Sequence record: PZ053912.1
Strand: one strand, 5' to 3'
Length of the DNA stretch: 64,000 nt
Origin: a phage
Numbering within the stretch: position 1 is the first letter of the stretch; every line of letters starts with the position of its first letter. The notes under the pieces are model-generated. The model saw nothing but the letters and a program-made list of their open reading frames with translations. It made no database searches and was not told the origin of the DNA. Shown piece by piece: positions 45,707-54,747 of the stretch. The position numbers and the translations under genes are program-made.

Positions 45707-46663
45707 TTATTTGAAAGGTTTTACCATATGGAAATTTTGTTTGAAACGTTTGACGTAATCATCATGTCCTAAGCTTTGGTACATACTTACTACTTTGCTG
45801 TAGTTCTCCCAGGCATACTCACGGAACCAGCCTGATGTGATTGAAGTACAGACCTTTTCTAATGCCATCATAAAACTATCACGAGGATGGATTTCAAAGC
45901 CATTAGGAATCTGAGAACGTTCTAATGCTAGTACACATGATTCTTCATATACACCGGCCAATTTGACCATTTCTGGTAACGATTCGAACTTCTCGCGTGA
46001 GGTCATGACTTCAGAACCGTCTTTCATATAAAATGTATATGCTGGACGGTCTGTTAGTGCAATGGCTTCATGAATAGTATCATGGTCATATGTATAGATG
46101 TCATCTTTAAAGAACGCACTTTTAGAAGTGTCAAGAACTGGGTGAGCATAGTTCAAGGTTTCTTTCTGACGTTTCAGCATAATTTCAGTAAGTTCATCAT
46201 TCAGTTTAACACCTTTACCACGAAGATACTGAATATGGTTCATAGTCTTTAAAAAGAATGGATTATTTTTCTTGAAACGATGAGACATCTTAATTGCAAG
46301 GCACATCTCAGGAGTTGCCCAGTAAAACCCGTTCAAACGGTCTTTAGTCAAATTTTTCTTGGCGTATTTTAAAAGGTCATAAGAAGACGTGAAATCTTCA
46401 GGAGTGAGTTCACCGACTAGTTCACGGACATTAGTGATTGCCGGAACAATATATGCTTCAAAATGAGTTTCGCGTCCGTTATGGAAGCATTTGAAAACTT
46501 GGACATCAGGGTTATCTTGATGAACATATATACCCATCATTTGATTTTTGAATGCATTCCAAGAACCTTGGTCTGCAATAAAGTCCCAGTCACTATTTTT
46601 GATAGCGTTAGAATCAATAAGACCGTGATAGTGAAGTGCACGAGAACCAATAACTAACATCAT
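45707..46663 (-). CDS. Hypothetical protein
   Basis: 318 aa ORF. Confidence 0.55.
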   Translation of the reverse strand: MMLVIGSRALHYHGLIDSNAIKNSDWDFIADQGSWNAFKNQMMGIYVHQDNPDVQVFKCFHNGRETHFEAYIVPAITNVRELVGELTPEDFTSSYDLLKYAKKNLTKDRLNGFYWATPEMCLAIKMSHRFKKNNPFFLKTMNHIQYLRGKGVKLNDELTEIMLKRQKETLNYAHPVLDTSKSAFFKDDIYTYDHDTIHEAIALTDRPAYTFYMKDGSEVMTSREKFESLPEMVKLAGVYEESCVLALERSQIPNGFEIHPRDSFMMALEKVCTSITSGWFREYAWENYSKVVSMYQSLGHDDYVKRFKQNFHMVKPFK

Positions 46664-46691
46664 AATATTTTCCTCGGATTAATTCATTAAC

Positions 46692-46943
46692 TTAAATTTC
46701 ACGACATGCGGTATCATATTCATCCCAGAGGTCGTCATGTGAAGCCTCTACCAATGGAACGATTGTACCATTTATATCTTCATTATAAGGGCAAATTGTA
46801 CAATGTGCATCTTCGAATCGGATGCCTTTGTGTTCAGATTTTTTATAACGCATATCGAATATCTTTGCAAACTTTTCACGAGTAATGGTTTTAGCAACCA
46901 CTTCGGTTCCAACACTTTCGTAATAAATCATTGTGGACTCCAT
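46692..46943 (-). CDS. Hypothetical protein
   Basis: 83 aa ORF. Confidence 0.45.
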   Translation of the reverse strand: MESTMIYYESVGTEVVAKTITREKFAKIFDMRYKKSEHKGIRFEDAHCTICPYNEDINGTIVPLVEASHDDLWDEYDTACREI

Positions 46944-46949
46944 TTAATT

Positions 46950-46978
46950 TGATAGGACTACTATAACATAGCCCTATC
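46950..46978 (-). promoter_or_regulatory. Early promoter (TTTACA-17-TATAGT) with arms ATAGGGCUA/UAGUCCUAU
   Basis: Seen directly. Confidence 0.5.
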
Positions 46979-46993
46979 TTGTTGTAAACTGTT

Positions 46994-47191
46994 TTAGCAA
47001 GAATAACTAGATGATACCCAGCCTTGAACAGTAATACTATTATTTGATACCGAGATTGCGTTCTGGAGATTCAGACCTGCGTTATCTTCAATCCATAATG
47101 TAACTTCTTCGTGTTCTTCTGTTGCAATTTGGAACAGGTTTTCCAGGGCAGCTACTGCCGTACGTACAGCACAATCTAATTCACGAGACAT
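46994..47191 (-). CDS. Hypothetical protein
   Basis: 65 aa ORF. Confidence 0.4.
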   Translation of the reverse strand: MSRELDCAVRTAVAALENLFQIATEEHEEVTLWIEDNAGLNLQNAISVSNNSITVQGWVSSSYSC

Positions 47192-47200
47192 ATGGTTTCC

Positions 47201-47473
47201 TTAGCAAGTGTGAGAAGATGCAATCCAACCACCAGTTTCGAGGCTCAGGTTGTAGTCGTATTGGTAAACGTCAGCCCATTCGGCATAGCCGTTTTTTGTA
47301 CAACGTTCAAGATCGGCTTTAAGTTGTCCGGGTGAATGATAGGTTCCACCCATACCATAAGCTGGATACAAGTCGAATGATGTGTTTTGTTTATCAGCAA
47401 TTTCTTTGGCAGCCTCAATAGCTGCATAGATTTTTGCTACAGCTTCAGCCAGTTCGGTTTGTTCTTTAGACAT
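47201..47473 (-). CDS. Hypothetical protein
   Basis: 90 aa ORF; shares the C-terminal ...WIASSHTC / ...WVSSSALC theme with its neighbours, suggesting local paralogs. Confidence 0.45.
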   Translation of the reverse strand: MSKEQTELAEAVAKIYAAIEAAKEIADKQNTSFDLYPAYGMGGTYHSPGQLKADLERCTKNGYAEWADVYQYDYNLSLETGGWIASSHTC

Positions 47474-47482
47474 AGTGATTCC

Positions 47483-47788
47483 TTAGCACAACGCAGAAGA
47501 CGAAACCCAAGCACCTTCAGTAATAACGTAACCATTACCTTCACGCTTAACATCGCCACCGTTATTTTCAATTTCATCTTTCATCCACTGGGATACAATT
47601 TCACCCTTAGGATAATAAGTACGACCGCTACCATAATCACCTACAGAAAATGATACAGCATATTGGTCTGCGATCTTTGTTGCTTCTTCTTCGATACGTT
47701 CAGCTTGATTCAGAAGTTTATAAATTGCATCTGAAGCGGATTTAGCATCATTAAACTCTGGTACTTTAATTTCAATAATCTTACTCAT
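47483..47788 (-). CDS. Hypothetical protein
   Basis: 101 aa ORF; C-terminal GAWVSSSALC. Confidence 0.45.
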   Translation of the reverse strand: MSKIIEIKVPEFNDAKSASDAIYKLLNQAERIEEEATKIADQYAVSFSVGDYGSGRTYYPKGEIVSQWMKDEIENNGGDVKREGNGYVITEGAWVSSSALC

Positions 47789-48144
47789 TTTCTACATTCC
47801 TTAATAAAGTTTTCTATTGTTTCATTTTCACGTCTAGCTAGGAGTTCATTATAACTAATCATTTGAGAAGCGTAAACCTTTTTATTTTTCTTGTTATGGT
47901 TTATAAAATCGTAGTAAAAATAGACTACAGTACAAAATGATGCGATAGATGCAAAAGCTTGGGTGTATCTTAGGTCCTGCCATTGGTCTGTGAATCCACC
48001 TGTATTCCCTATAAATCCTAACACAACTCCGTCAATAAGAAATCCAACTAATCCAAAGGCAAATCCCATGCCAATACTCATAATAAAAATTAGAATGTTC
48101 TCACCAAGAGACGGCCATACGGTTAAGAGTTGAGGCTTTTGCAT
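47785..48144 (-). CDS. Membrane protein, hypothetical
   Basis: 119 aa; hydrophobic spans. Confidence 0.45.
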   Translation of the reverse strand: MQKPQLLTVWPSLGENILIFIMSIGMGFAFGLVGFLIDGVVLGFIGNTGGFTDQWQDLRYTQAFASIASFCTVVYFYYDFINHNKKNKKVYASQMISYNELLARRENETIENFIKECRK

Positions 48145-48548
48145 CTTATTTCCTTAACGAATTCCATAGCTTCTTCATATTCATACTTTTTAACAGCTTC
48201 ATCATATTGAGCTTGGGCTTTTGCGCACTGAACTTTCCATTCTCTTAATCGGGCTCTGTGATGACGGCCTTGGTGCCAATATCCTACCCAATTAATAGGC
48301 ATTAATAAAAACGGTACAATAAGTGGTGCGACGAACATTAATGAAAATGCTGCATCAGACGATATAACTTTATTGGAATCTAAAATAGCTCCTATAATCA
48401 TAAAGATTAAAAATGCTAAAGCTAAAATAGGACCAAACAACACTTCATTAGGAATTAGTTTACGTTTGTATTCGTATGCCCAGGGCTTAATTGGCATGTA
48501 TAGGGTTGGCTTTGACATATTCTCTACATTCCATAATAAATTGCTCAA
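48123..48548 (-). CDS. Membrane protein, hypothetical
   Basis: 141 aa; hydrophobic spans. Confidence 0.45.
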   Translation of the reverse strand: MSNLLWNVENMSKPTLYMPIKPWAYEYKRKLIPNEVLFGPILALAFLIFMIIGAILDSNKVISSDAAFSLMFVAPLIVPFLLMPINWVGYWHQGRHHRARLREWKVQCAKAQAQYDEAVKKYEYEEAMEFVKEIRCKSLNS

Positions 48549-49104
48549 GGATTAAATTGTTAGTGAAATTAGGACTAACAACCATGGTTTCATAAAGCGC
48601 ATCAATAGCACTTAAAGCATCAACTCTTTTAAGCAAAGGCTTGCCTTCATACATAGTTTCAGAATCGACGATTAACGTAAAGTAATATTTTTTATTATCG
48701 ACTAGAACTTCAGTATCGATATAAAACATGTTAGACCTTAAGAGCTTATCTCTAAAACCATAATAATCTTCAGAGCGTTCACTGATATAGTCCCATTCAG
48801 TGTTTAAACAACAAACAGACCACGTAGGAGCAACGAAATCAGTGAATCTAATATCATGGTCCGCAACTAGTTTAGCAATAGCTCCGATATCATGAATCAT
48901 AATACCTGGGGCTAATAAAGATTTTCGGTTATTTGCATATTCAGTTGTCTCATAAGAAGACGACCAGTACCATTTACGTCCAGTTGCAACATATCGTAAT
49001 GAATCAACTAAAGACGTAGGTGGATTTACCTTATCTCGGAACTCTTCGAACATTGAGTCAATATCATTATTTTGGTTTCGCATGTTAACTCCTTTATTAT
49101 CCAA
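48487..49104 (-). CDS. Hypothetical protein
   Basis: 205 aa ORF; start uncertain. Confidence 0.5.
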   Translation of the reverse strand: MDNKGVNMRNQNNDIDSMFEEFRDKVNPPTSLVDSLRYVATGRKWYWSSSYETTEYANNRKSLLAPGIMIHDIGAIAKLVADHDIRFTDFVAPTWSVCCLNTEWDYISERSEDYYGFRDKLLRSNMFYIDTEVLVDNKKYYFTLIVDSETMYEGKPLLKRVDALSAIDALYETMVVSPNFTNNLILEQFIMECREYVKANPIHAN

Positions 49105-49132
49105 AAGGAGGACCGGAGTCCTCCGTATTATT

Positions 49133-49726
49133 TTATTTCAAAGAGTTAATATATTCTTGTACATCAGCAGAAGTGGTTTCGACACCGGCTGGAGTACCAT
49201 TGAACGTTTCAACACGAGTCAGAGTGTCTTCGATATCAACCTTAGTCAGTGCAGCGATTTCAATTACATCATCGGCCGTAGAGATACCAAGGGCATTGGC
49301 TGCTCGAGTTTCACGAATGTATTCGAGTTTGATTGCCAGATTCTGACGAGCATCGTCAAGTTCAACCACCTTACGAGCAATTTCAATTCGCATAGCAGCG
49401 TACCCGTCAGCTTTTGTATTAAGTTGTTCGGCAGTTCGACGATACAGAAGACCAAGCTTAGCATGCATGGTAACATCTTGTCCTTCAGCCAGGAGCTTAC
49501 GAATTTCACGTTCCTTAGAAGCGGCTTGCTTATTCTTTTCAATAACAAGTTCGCGAATACGTTTTTCTTCATTAATAGATTTAACAGAAGCCGTTTTTAG
49601 TTCTTTGATTTGGGTAATCAACTTATCTGCAGCTGCGTTATACTGTTCTTCGACAGTCAGATTTTTAGCCATAGCAGTACCCAGTTTAGTGCGGATGAAT
49701 TCAACAAGTTTCTTCAGTGTGTTCAT
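49133..49726 (-). CDS. Coiled-coil hypothetical protein; start at [10 protein letters not shown]
   Basis: ORF 49133..49771; the first 15 codons of the track ORF translate the promoter cassette. Confidence 0.5.
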   Translation of the reverse strand: MNTLKKLVEFIRTKLGTAMAKNLTVEEQYNAAADKLITQIKELKTASVKSINEEKRIRELVIEKNKQAASKEREIRKLLAEGQDVTMHAKLGLLYRRTAEQLNTKADGYAAMRIEIARKVVELDDARQNLAIKLEYIRETRAANALGISTADDVIEIAALTKVDIEDTLTRVETFNGTPAGVETTSADVQEYINSLK

Positions 49727-49759
49727 ATTATTACCTTTCAATTGGTGGTGTTTATTATC

Positions 49760-49788
49760 CAATGAGAGCATTATACTCTGCTCTCAAG
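49760..49788 (-). promoter_or_regulatory. Early promoter (TTTACA-17-TATAAT) with the GAGAGCA/UGCUCUC arms; copy of the cassette at 20038-20066
   Basis: Seen directly. Confidence 0.5.
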
Positions 49789-49798
49789 AGTTTGTAAA

Positions 49799-50026
49799 TT
49801 ATTTTTTAATCAAATTGACATAAAACTCGGCGTCTTCCGGGTGCATGCCTTCGCAGTATTCTTCAACCATGAACTTCTTAACGGCTTCATAAGGACCACT
49901 CAGATTAAGCTCAGTTGTCCAGAACTTGGAATCTTGGACTGAATCGATACGAACTTCAGGGTGACGGTTGCGAATAACTTCTTCGGTGTATTCATAATCA
50001 ACGACATCAATACTAACTGTAGCCAT
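49799..50026 (-). CDS. Hypothetical protein
   Basis: 75 aa ORF. Confidence 0.45.
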   Translation of the reverse strand: MATVSIDVVDYEYTEEVIRNRHPEVRIDSVQDSKFWTTELNLSGPYEAVKKFMVEEYCEGMHPEDAEFYVNLIKK

Positions 50027-50055
50027 TTTGTTTCTCCTCTGTAGTTGATAAGTCT

Positions 50056-50084
50056 ATAGTATCACCATCCTTGGTGCTTGTACA
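50056..50084 (-). promoter_or_regulatory. Early promoter (TGTACA-17-TACTAT) with spacer hairpin CACCA-AGGA-UGGUG
   Basis: Seen directly. Confidence 0.45.
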
Positions 50085-50588
50085 TCATTTATTTTTAATT
50101 TTGCAAATTTTTTCTGCTTCAACAATTGCAGCGTCAATGATGCTTTGTGCAATTTTATTACTAGTTGACCTGGCAATCACACTAAGAACAATTTCTTTTT
50201 CTTCACCACCCCAACCCCAAGTCCTTTGTTCGTGGGTACCTTTAACTACAGCTGAAACTTCAACAGAACGTCCGCCATCAGAAGTTTTAACATCTACAAC
50301 CCAATCACCATCTTTCTCTTCTACCCTTGATTTATCCCAAGAAATACTAATATATGATTCGCTATCAATAGAAGTCGCCTGGTTTTTCTCTACCGTAAGA
50401 CCTTCACTTTCCAGCCATTCAATAGTATTTGCGCATAAATCAGAAGAACACCTCATCGGAAACTGGCAAGATTTTTCACCTTTAGATGCAGCGTTATACA
50501 TCTTTTCTAAAATACGCTTTTGCACGTTTTTAAAAATAGTTTCAGCGGATTCTTCAGATTTTTTATTCAGTTCAGTATAAAGACTCAT
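50085..50588 (-). CDS. Hypothetical protein
   Basis: 167 aa ORF. Confidence 0.5.
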   Translation of the reverse strand: MSLYTELNKKSEESAETIFKNVQKRILEKMYNAASKGEKSCQFPMRCSSDLCANTIEWLESEGLTVEKNQATSIDSESYISISWDKSRVEEKDGDWVVDVKTSDGGRSVEVSAVVKGTHEQRTWGWGGEEKEIVLSVIARSTSNKIAQSIIDAAIVEAEKICKIKNK

Positions 50589-50616
50589 AATATTCTCCTC
50601 ATGTTTTAATAGGACT

Positions 50617-50645
50617 ATAGTAACACATCTAGGGAAGAAGTAAAC
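50617..50645 (-). promoter_or_regulatory. Early promoter (GTTTAC-17-TACTAT)
   Basis: Seen directly. Confidence 0.45.
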
Positions 50646-50673
50646 AACTTTTTCAGTAAGTTATAGACCCCCT

Positions 50674-50695
50674 AATGGGGACCGAAGTCCCCATT
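50674..50695 (-). terminator. Hairpin AAUGGGGAC-UUCG-GUCCCCAUU directly after the stop of the IPI-like gene; no U tract
   Basis: Seen directly; near-identical to the hairpin at 11170-11189. Confidence 0.4.
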
Positions 50696-50697
50696 CT

Positions 50698-51324
50698 TTA
50701 CTTACGAGTTTTTGCATACTGAGCAGCGTCAGCAGCCAAACGACCTGCCTGACGAAGTTTTTCTTTAATCGCATCGTGAAGTGGTTGAGTATACTTCAAA
50801 CCTTCGATAGTCAAATAAAGACGATAAAGGTCTGGGGTATCAAGGTTGTTGATATGTTGGCCATTACGAAGACTGTTGAATTCACGAACGAGTGAAGATG
50901 TATCGGATTCAATATCACGAACAAGCGAAGATAGTTGTTTATATTTTTTTTCCAGGCTAGAAGTATCAAACTTAAGAGCAGGAGCTTTAGGAGTTGCTTT
51001 TACTTCCGGCTTAGGCTCAGGTTTTGCTATTGCTTTAGGGGTCGCAGGCTTAGGAACGGTAGGAGCAGGTTTTACTTTAGGCGAACCCGATTTAGCAGAA
51101 ACACCGCCACTAACAATATCTTTGAATGCTTTAGAAGCTCTGTAATATTCTTTTTGGCTGGAAGTGTCGATACCATACATGGCTTGAACGTTTTTGAAAA
51201 ACTCTGTACTAGTTTTTGTACCAGAAATAGCATCGTAAGCAGCTTGCCATTTCTCTTTTGTCATACGTACACCGGCTTCGGTGATTACTTCCGTTTCGGC
51301 TAAAAATTCATTAAAAGTATACAT
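50698..51324 (-). CDS. Candidate internal (injected) head protein: CTS-like N-terminus plus Pro/Lys/Ala-rich linker
   Basis: 208 aa; MYTFNEFLAETEV resembles the MKTYQEFIAE capsid-targeting leader; late promoter TATAAATA upstream; T4 ipI sits at this locus. Confidence 0.5.
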   Translation of the reverse strand: MYTFNEFLAETEVITEAGVRMTKEKWQAAYDAISGTKTSTEFFKNVQAMYGIDTSSQKEYYRASKAFKDIVSGGVSAKSGSPKVKPAPTVPKPATPKAIAKPEPKPEVKATPKAPALKFDTSSLEKKYKQLSSLVRDIESDTSSLVREFNSLRNGQHINNLDTPDLYRLYLTIEGLKYTQPLHDAIKEKLRQAGRLAADAAQYAKTRK

Positions 51325-51359
51325 TGATGGTCCTTAGAAAGTAGGTTTATTGTTTACTA

Positions 51360-51367
51360 TATTTATA
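51360..51367 (-). promoter_or_regulatory. T4-type late promoter TATAAATA
   Basis: Exact consensus on the minus strand, about 36 nt upstream of the ATG at 51324 and just downstream of a terminator. Confidence 0.55.
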
Positions 51368-51368
51368 C

Positions 51369-51396
51369 AAAAAAGCCCCAACCTTTCGGAAGGGGC
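51369..51396 (-). terminator. Rho-independent terminator (GCCCCUUCC-GAAA-GGUUGGGGC plus U6)
   Basis: Seen directly; same element as 35106-35135. Confidence 0.6.
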
Positions 51397-51440
51397 TATA
51401 TACCTTGTTGGGGTTTCCACCTACTAAGGCAAGTGTTTGT

Positions 51441-51531
51441 ACGAAACGCCGGGATTCGAACCCGGTTATTAAGCAGTTGACGCTACTCAATATTTTTAAA
51501 AGGCCATATCTCGACCATATCCGAACGTTCC
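51441..51531 (-). ncRNA. tRNA-like element: canonical T-arm and a 7-bp acceptor stem can be drawn but no convincing D or anticodon arm; degenerate tRNA or stable-RNA 3' end
   Basis: Minus strand CCGGG-UUCGAAU-CCCGG followed by CGUUUCG, which pairs with CGGAACG 91 nt upstream. Confidence 0.3.
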
Positions 51532-51700
51532 GTCAAAAACGCTACTCGGCTTACGGCAAAGATATTTCCTCGAATCGATAATTCTTTGCGCCGTTTCTGC
51601 TGTGATGTAAGGGGATATTAACAAATCATAAAGATTTATTAAGACCAGTCCTTACTCAGGGAACATCAGTCCGACGACTTGCCGGTAGCGACCCGGCTTC

Positions 51701-52045
51701 TTATTTTGACATATCATCAATTTGTTCTCTACGTCTACGCCATAGATTAATTACTTCATCAACACATTCAGCATTTGGTATATGACGACAATAGTATAGT
51801 GATTCGCGTTTCTGGAACCGATGTTGTAATGGAATTTCGTTTAAAAGGTCTTTACGGTCAAAGTATTCAAAACTAGTTAACCCGGAACGGTTTTTAAGAA
51901 ACTTCCAATGTCCGAATTCATTTTGAAAATAAACGTAATCAGCGTGTTGATATAACGAATTAATCAACCGATCGGAAATAACTGTATCCTGTTCGTTAAA
52001 ATAAAACGTTAAATCATGAACTACCAAATAAATATTGCCTTTCAT
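51701..52045 (-). CDS. Hypothetical protein in the tRNA region
   Basis: ORF 51701..52093 trimmed to MKGNIYLVV so that it does not overlap tRNA-Arg. Confidence 0.45.
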   Translation of the reverse strand: MKGNIYLVVHDLTFYFNEQDTVISDRLINSLYQHADYVYFQNEFGHWKFLKNRSGLTSFEYFDRKDLLNEIPLQHRFQKRESLYYCRHIPNAECVDEVINLWRRRREQIDDMSK

Positions 52046-52055
52046 ATTTTCCTCA

Positions 52056-52132
<77 letters not shown>

Positions 52133-52136
52133 ATGC

Positions 52137-52210
52137 CTCGAATTGGTGACCCTGGCTGGTTTCGATCCAGCTACCTATCAGTTATGAGCTGACAGCTCTC
52201 CCATTGAGCT
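52137..52210 (-). tRNA. tRNA with CAU anticodon (Met, or Ile if lysidine-modified)
   Basis: Cloverleaf drawn by hand: acceptor GGCCCUG/CAGGGUC, D-arm GCUC/GAGC, anticodon loop CUCAUAA, T-arm GCUGG-AUCGAAA-CCAGC, encoded CCA. Confidence 0.8.
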
Positions 52211-52297
52211 ACAGGGCCTAAATAACTTTCTATTATGAAAGGCACTTTAGAGTACCTTTGGTAATAGAGGGTATGAATTAATAATAACACATAATTC

Positions 52298-52813
52298 TTA
52301 AAGCAAATCAATCATTTTAACAGTCGGCAAAACAATTTCTTCTTCAATATAAGCGAATTCAACACGTTCAACTACACGCAAGAAATCATAGTCGTAGTAT
52401 TCAGAAGCATAGCCAAGAATATCAATAAGGCCTTGGGATATCTCATCGCCTTTCACAAAGAACAGGTCGAATACACGCGATTCGTCTTCTTCAGATTTAT
52501 TACCAAGGTCGACTTCAATATCAAAGACCTTTTTAATGAATTCTGGATAAAGCTGGTCTGAGAACAGTCCTTCAACCAAGTATTCATAGATTAAAAGCGA
52601 GCAATCACTGAATGGTGTATTACCACAGTAACGTTCAGCTTTAGTGCTAGAATGACGACTCTTAAATTTCTTCAAGAGATATTTAAACTGTTGGAGCTCA
52701 TGCTCTTCTACACCAAATAATGTTTTGGTTTTATAGTTGTCGCCGTCATTTTCCCAAGTAGTGACATCAATTACGTAACCTTTAGGAATTGTACTGCCTA
52801 AACAAATATTCAT
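52298..52813 (-). CDS. Hypothetical protein
   Basis: 171 aa ORF. Confidence 0.5.
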   Translation of the reverse strand: MNICLGSTIPKGYVIDVTTWENDGDNYKTKTLFGVEEHELQQFKYLLKKFKSRHSSTKAERYCGNTPFSDCSLLIYEYLVEGLFSDQLYPEFIKKVFDIEVDLGNKSEEDESRVFDLFFVKGDEISQGLIDILGYASEYYDYDFLRVVERVEFAYIEEEIVLPTVKMIDLL

Positions 52814-52817
52814 TTAC

Positions 52818-53108
52818 TCACCGTACCATATTAATGTAATTATATTCAATGCAACATAATTTCAAAGGATTCTTGAAAATATCATATTCAAGAGGACCTT
52901 TTTCTGTTTCAATAAAGAAATCAAAGTTCACACTATTAAATTTGCGGTCTTCCCAAAGTAATTTAACCTGTGAAGATGAACGGTCGACGTAAACCTTTTC
53001 AACTTCAAAGTGGGTCAAAATACCATAGTAATCGACTAGTGCTTTAGCTGCAGCTCGGTCGCTTTCATATCCATTCTCAACGGATTTTACCTTAGCATAA
53101 AGAATCAT
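52818..53108 (-). CDS. Hypothetical protein
   Basis: 96 aa ORF. Confidence 0.45.
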   Translation of the reverse strand: MILYAKVKSVENGYESDRAAAKALVDYYGILTHFEVEKVYVDRSSSQVKLLWEDRKFNSVNFDFFIETEKGPLEYDIFKNPLKLCCIEYNYINMVR

Positions 53109-53485
53109 GAATGTTCCACCATTTCAAAGGTATGAGCATCAACAATATGATACCAGTCGAAATTTTCTTCAGCGTTCTTATATATTTCACGAAGAGCTTC
53201 GACAGTTTTACCTTTAGCGTAAAGGTCGTCGATACCACCATAAGGATAGTATTCATAACCAGCAAACAGAAGGAAATTAATAGTTTCCGTAGGGGCTGGA
53301 TGCAGTGTACCATTGTCATCGACTACTTCAAAGAACATATAACCGGGTGATTTAGATTTAATCCAGTGCCATGCTTCTGTGGCTGAATCAAACGGTTCAC
53401 GTAACAAACGACAATCAGGGTCTTTAGAAGGATTAGCTTCAAAATCAGAATATACATGATATTTCATTTTACTCACCTTTTGCAA
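53105..53485 (-). CDS. Hypothetical protein
   Basis: 126 aa ORF. Confidence 0.45.
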   Translation of the reverse strand: MQKVSKMKYHVYSDFEANPSKDPDCRLLREPFDSATEAWHWIKSKSPGYMFFEVVDDNGTLHPAPTETINFLLFAGYEYYPYGGIDDLYAKGKTVEALREIYKNAEENFDWYHIVDAHTFEMVEHS

Positions 53486-53654
53486 TTTTATCCATAACGA
53501 TGGCGATTAAGCCGATTAGAAATGCCACTACCAATGAGATAGAGTTTTCGGTTGTCGTCAGTAGTCCACAAATGAATCCTACAAACATCGAAAAACTAAA
53601 AGCCATTGAAGCAATTACTACAGCAACATTACGAATCAGTTCAGCGCGTTTCAT
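53469..53654 (-). CDS. Small membrane protein
   Basis: 61 aa; hydrophobic. Confidence 0.4.
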   Translation of the reverse strand: MKRAELIRNVAVVIASMAFSFSMFVGFICGLLTTTENSISLVVAFLIGLIAIVMDKIAKGE

Positions 53655-53684
53655 TTTATTATCCTCTCATGTTTTGATAGGACT

Positions 53685-53713
53685 ACTATAACATAGTCCT
53701 ATCATCATGTAAA
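53685..53713 (-). promoter_or_regulatory. Early promoter (TTTACA-17-TATAGT) with perfect 9-bp arms AUAGGACUA/UAGUCCUAU flanking the -10
   Basis: Seen directly; arms at plus 53677-53685 and 53694-53702. Confidence 0.5.
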
Positions 53714-53716
53714 CTA

Positions 53717-53980
53717 TTAAATACCAGCTTCGCGTTTAACATAATCGACGTAAGCTTGGATAGCTTTCTTGCTGGTAATTTTTACCTGACCACGACCATT
53801 GCCTTCTTTAGAGTTTTTCTTAACAACTACATTACCATCTTTAACACCCCATACATGGACGTAAGTACCGATGTTTCGGTCGTAGAACATTGCATGGTCG
53901 TTGTTGTAAGAGAATGATTCGTAGTTCTCTGTCAGAGTAGAAGATTGAGATTCGGCGATAAATTCTTTATAGGTTTTCAT
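53717..53980 (-). CDS. Internal head protein IPI-like, with capsid-targeting sequence
   Basis: 87 aa; MKTYKEFIAESQS is a near-consensus CTS; small and basic as expected for an injected internal protein. Confidence 0.65.
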   Translation of the reverse strand: MKTYKEFIAESQSSTLTENYESFSYNNDHAMFYDRNIGTYVHVWGVKDGNVVVKKNSKEGNGRGQVKITSKKAIQAYVDYVKREAGI

Positions 53981-54014
53981 TTTATTTCCTTGAGGCTGTT
54001 TATTTGATAGGATG

Positions 54015-54043
54015 ATAGTAACACACCATCATCCTTATGTAAA
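54015..54043 (-). promoter_or_regulatory. Early promoter (TTTACA-17-TACTAT) with arms GGAUGAU/AUCAUCC flanking the -10
   Basis: Seen directly. Confidence 0.45.
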
Positions 54044-54057
54044 CTGTTTTGTGAAAA

Positions 54058-54743
<686 letters not shown>

Positions 54744-54747
54744 TTTA

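Noticed and set aside
51441-51531. Calling the T-arm/acceptor element a complete functional tRNA (Leu or Ser class II)
   Set aside because: No acceptable D-arm or anticodon stem-loop could be folded; kept only as a tRNA-like element.
53092-53319. 75-aa minus-strand ORF overlapping gene 53105..53485
   Set aside because: Alternative frame within a longer ORF; hydrophobic low-complexity translation.
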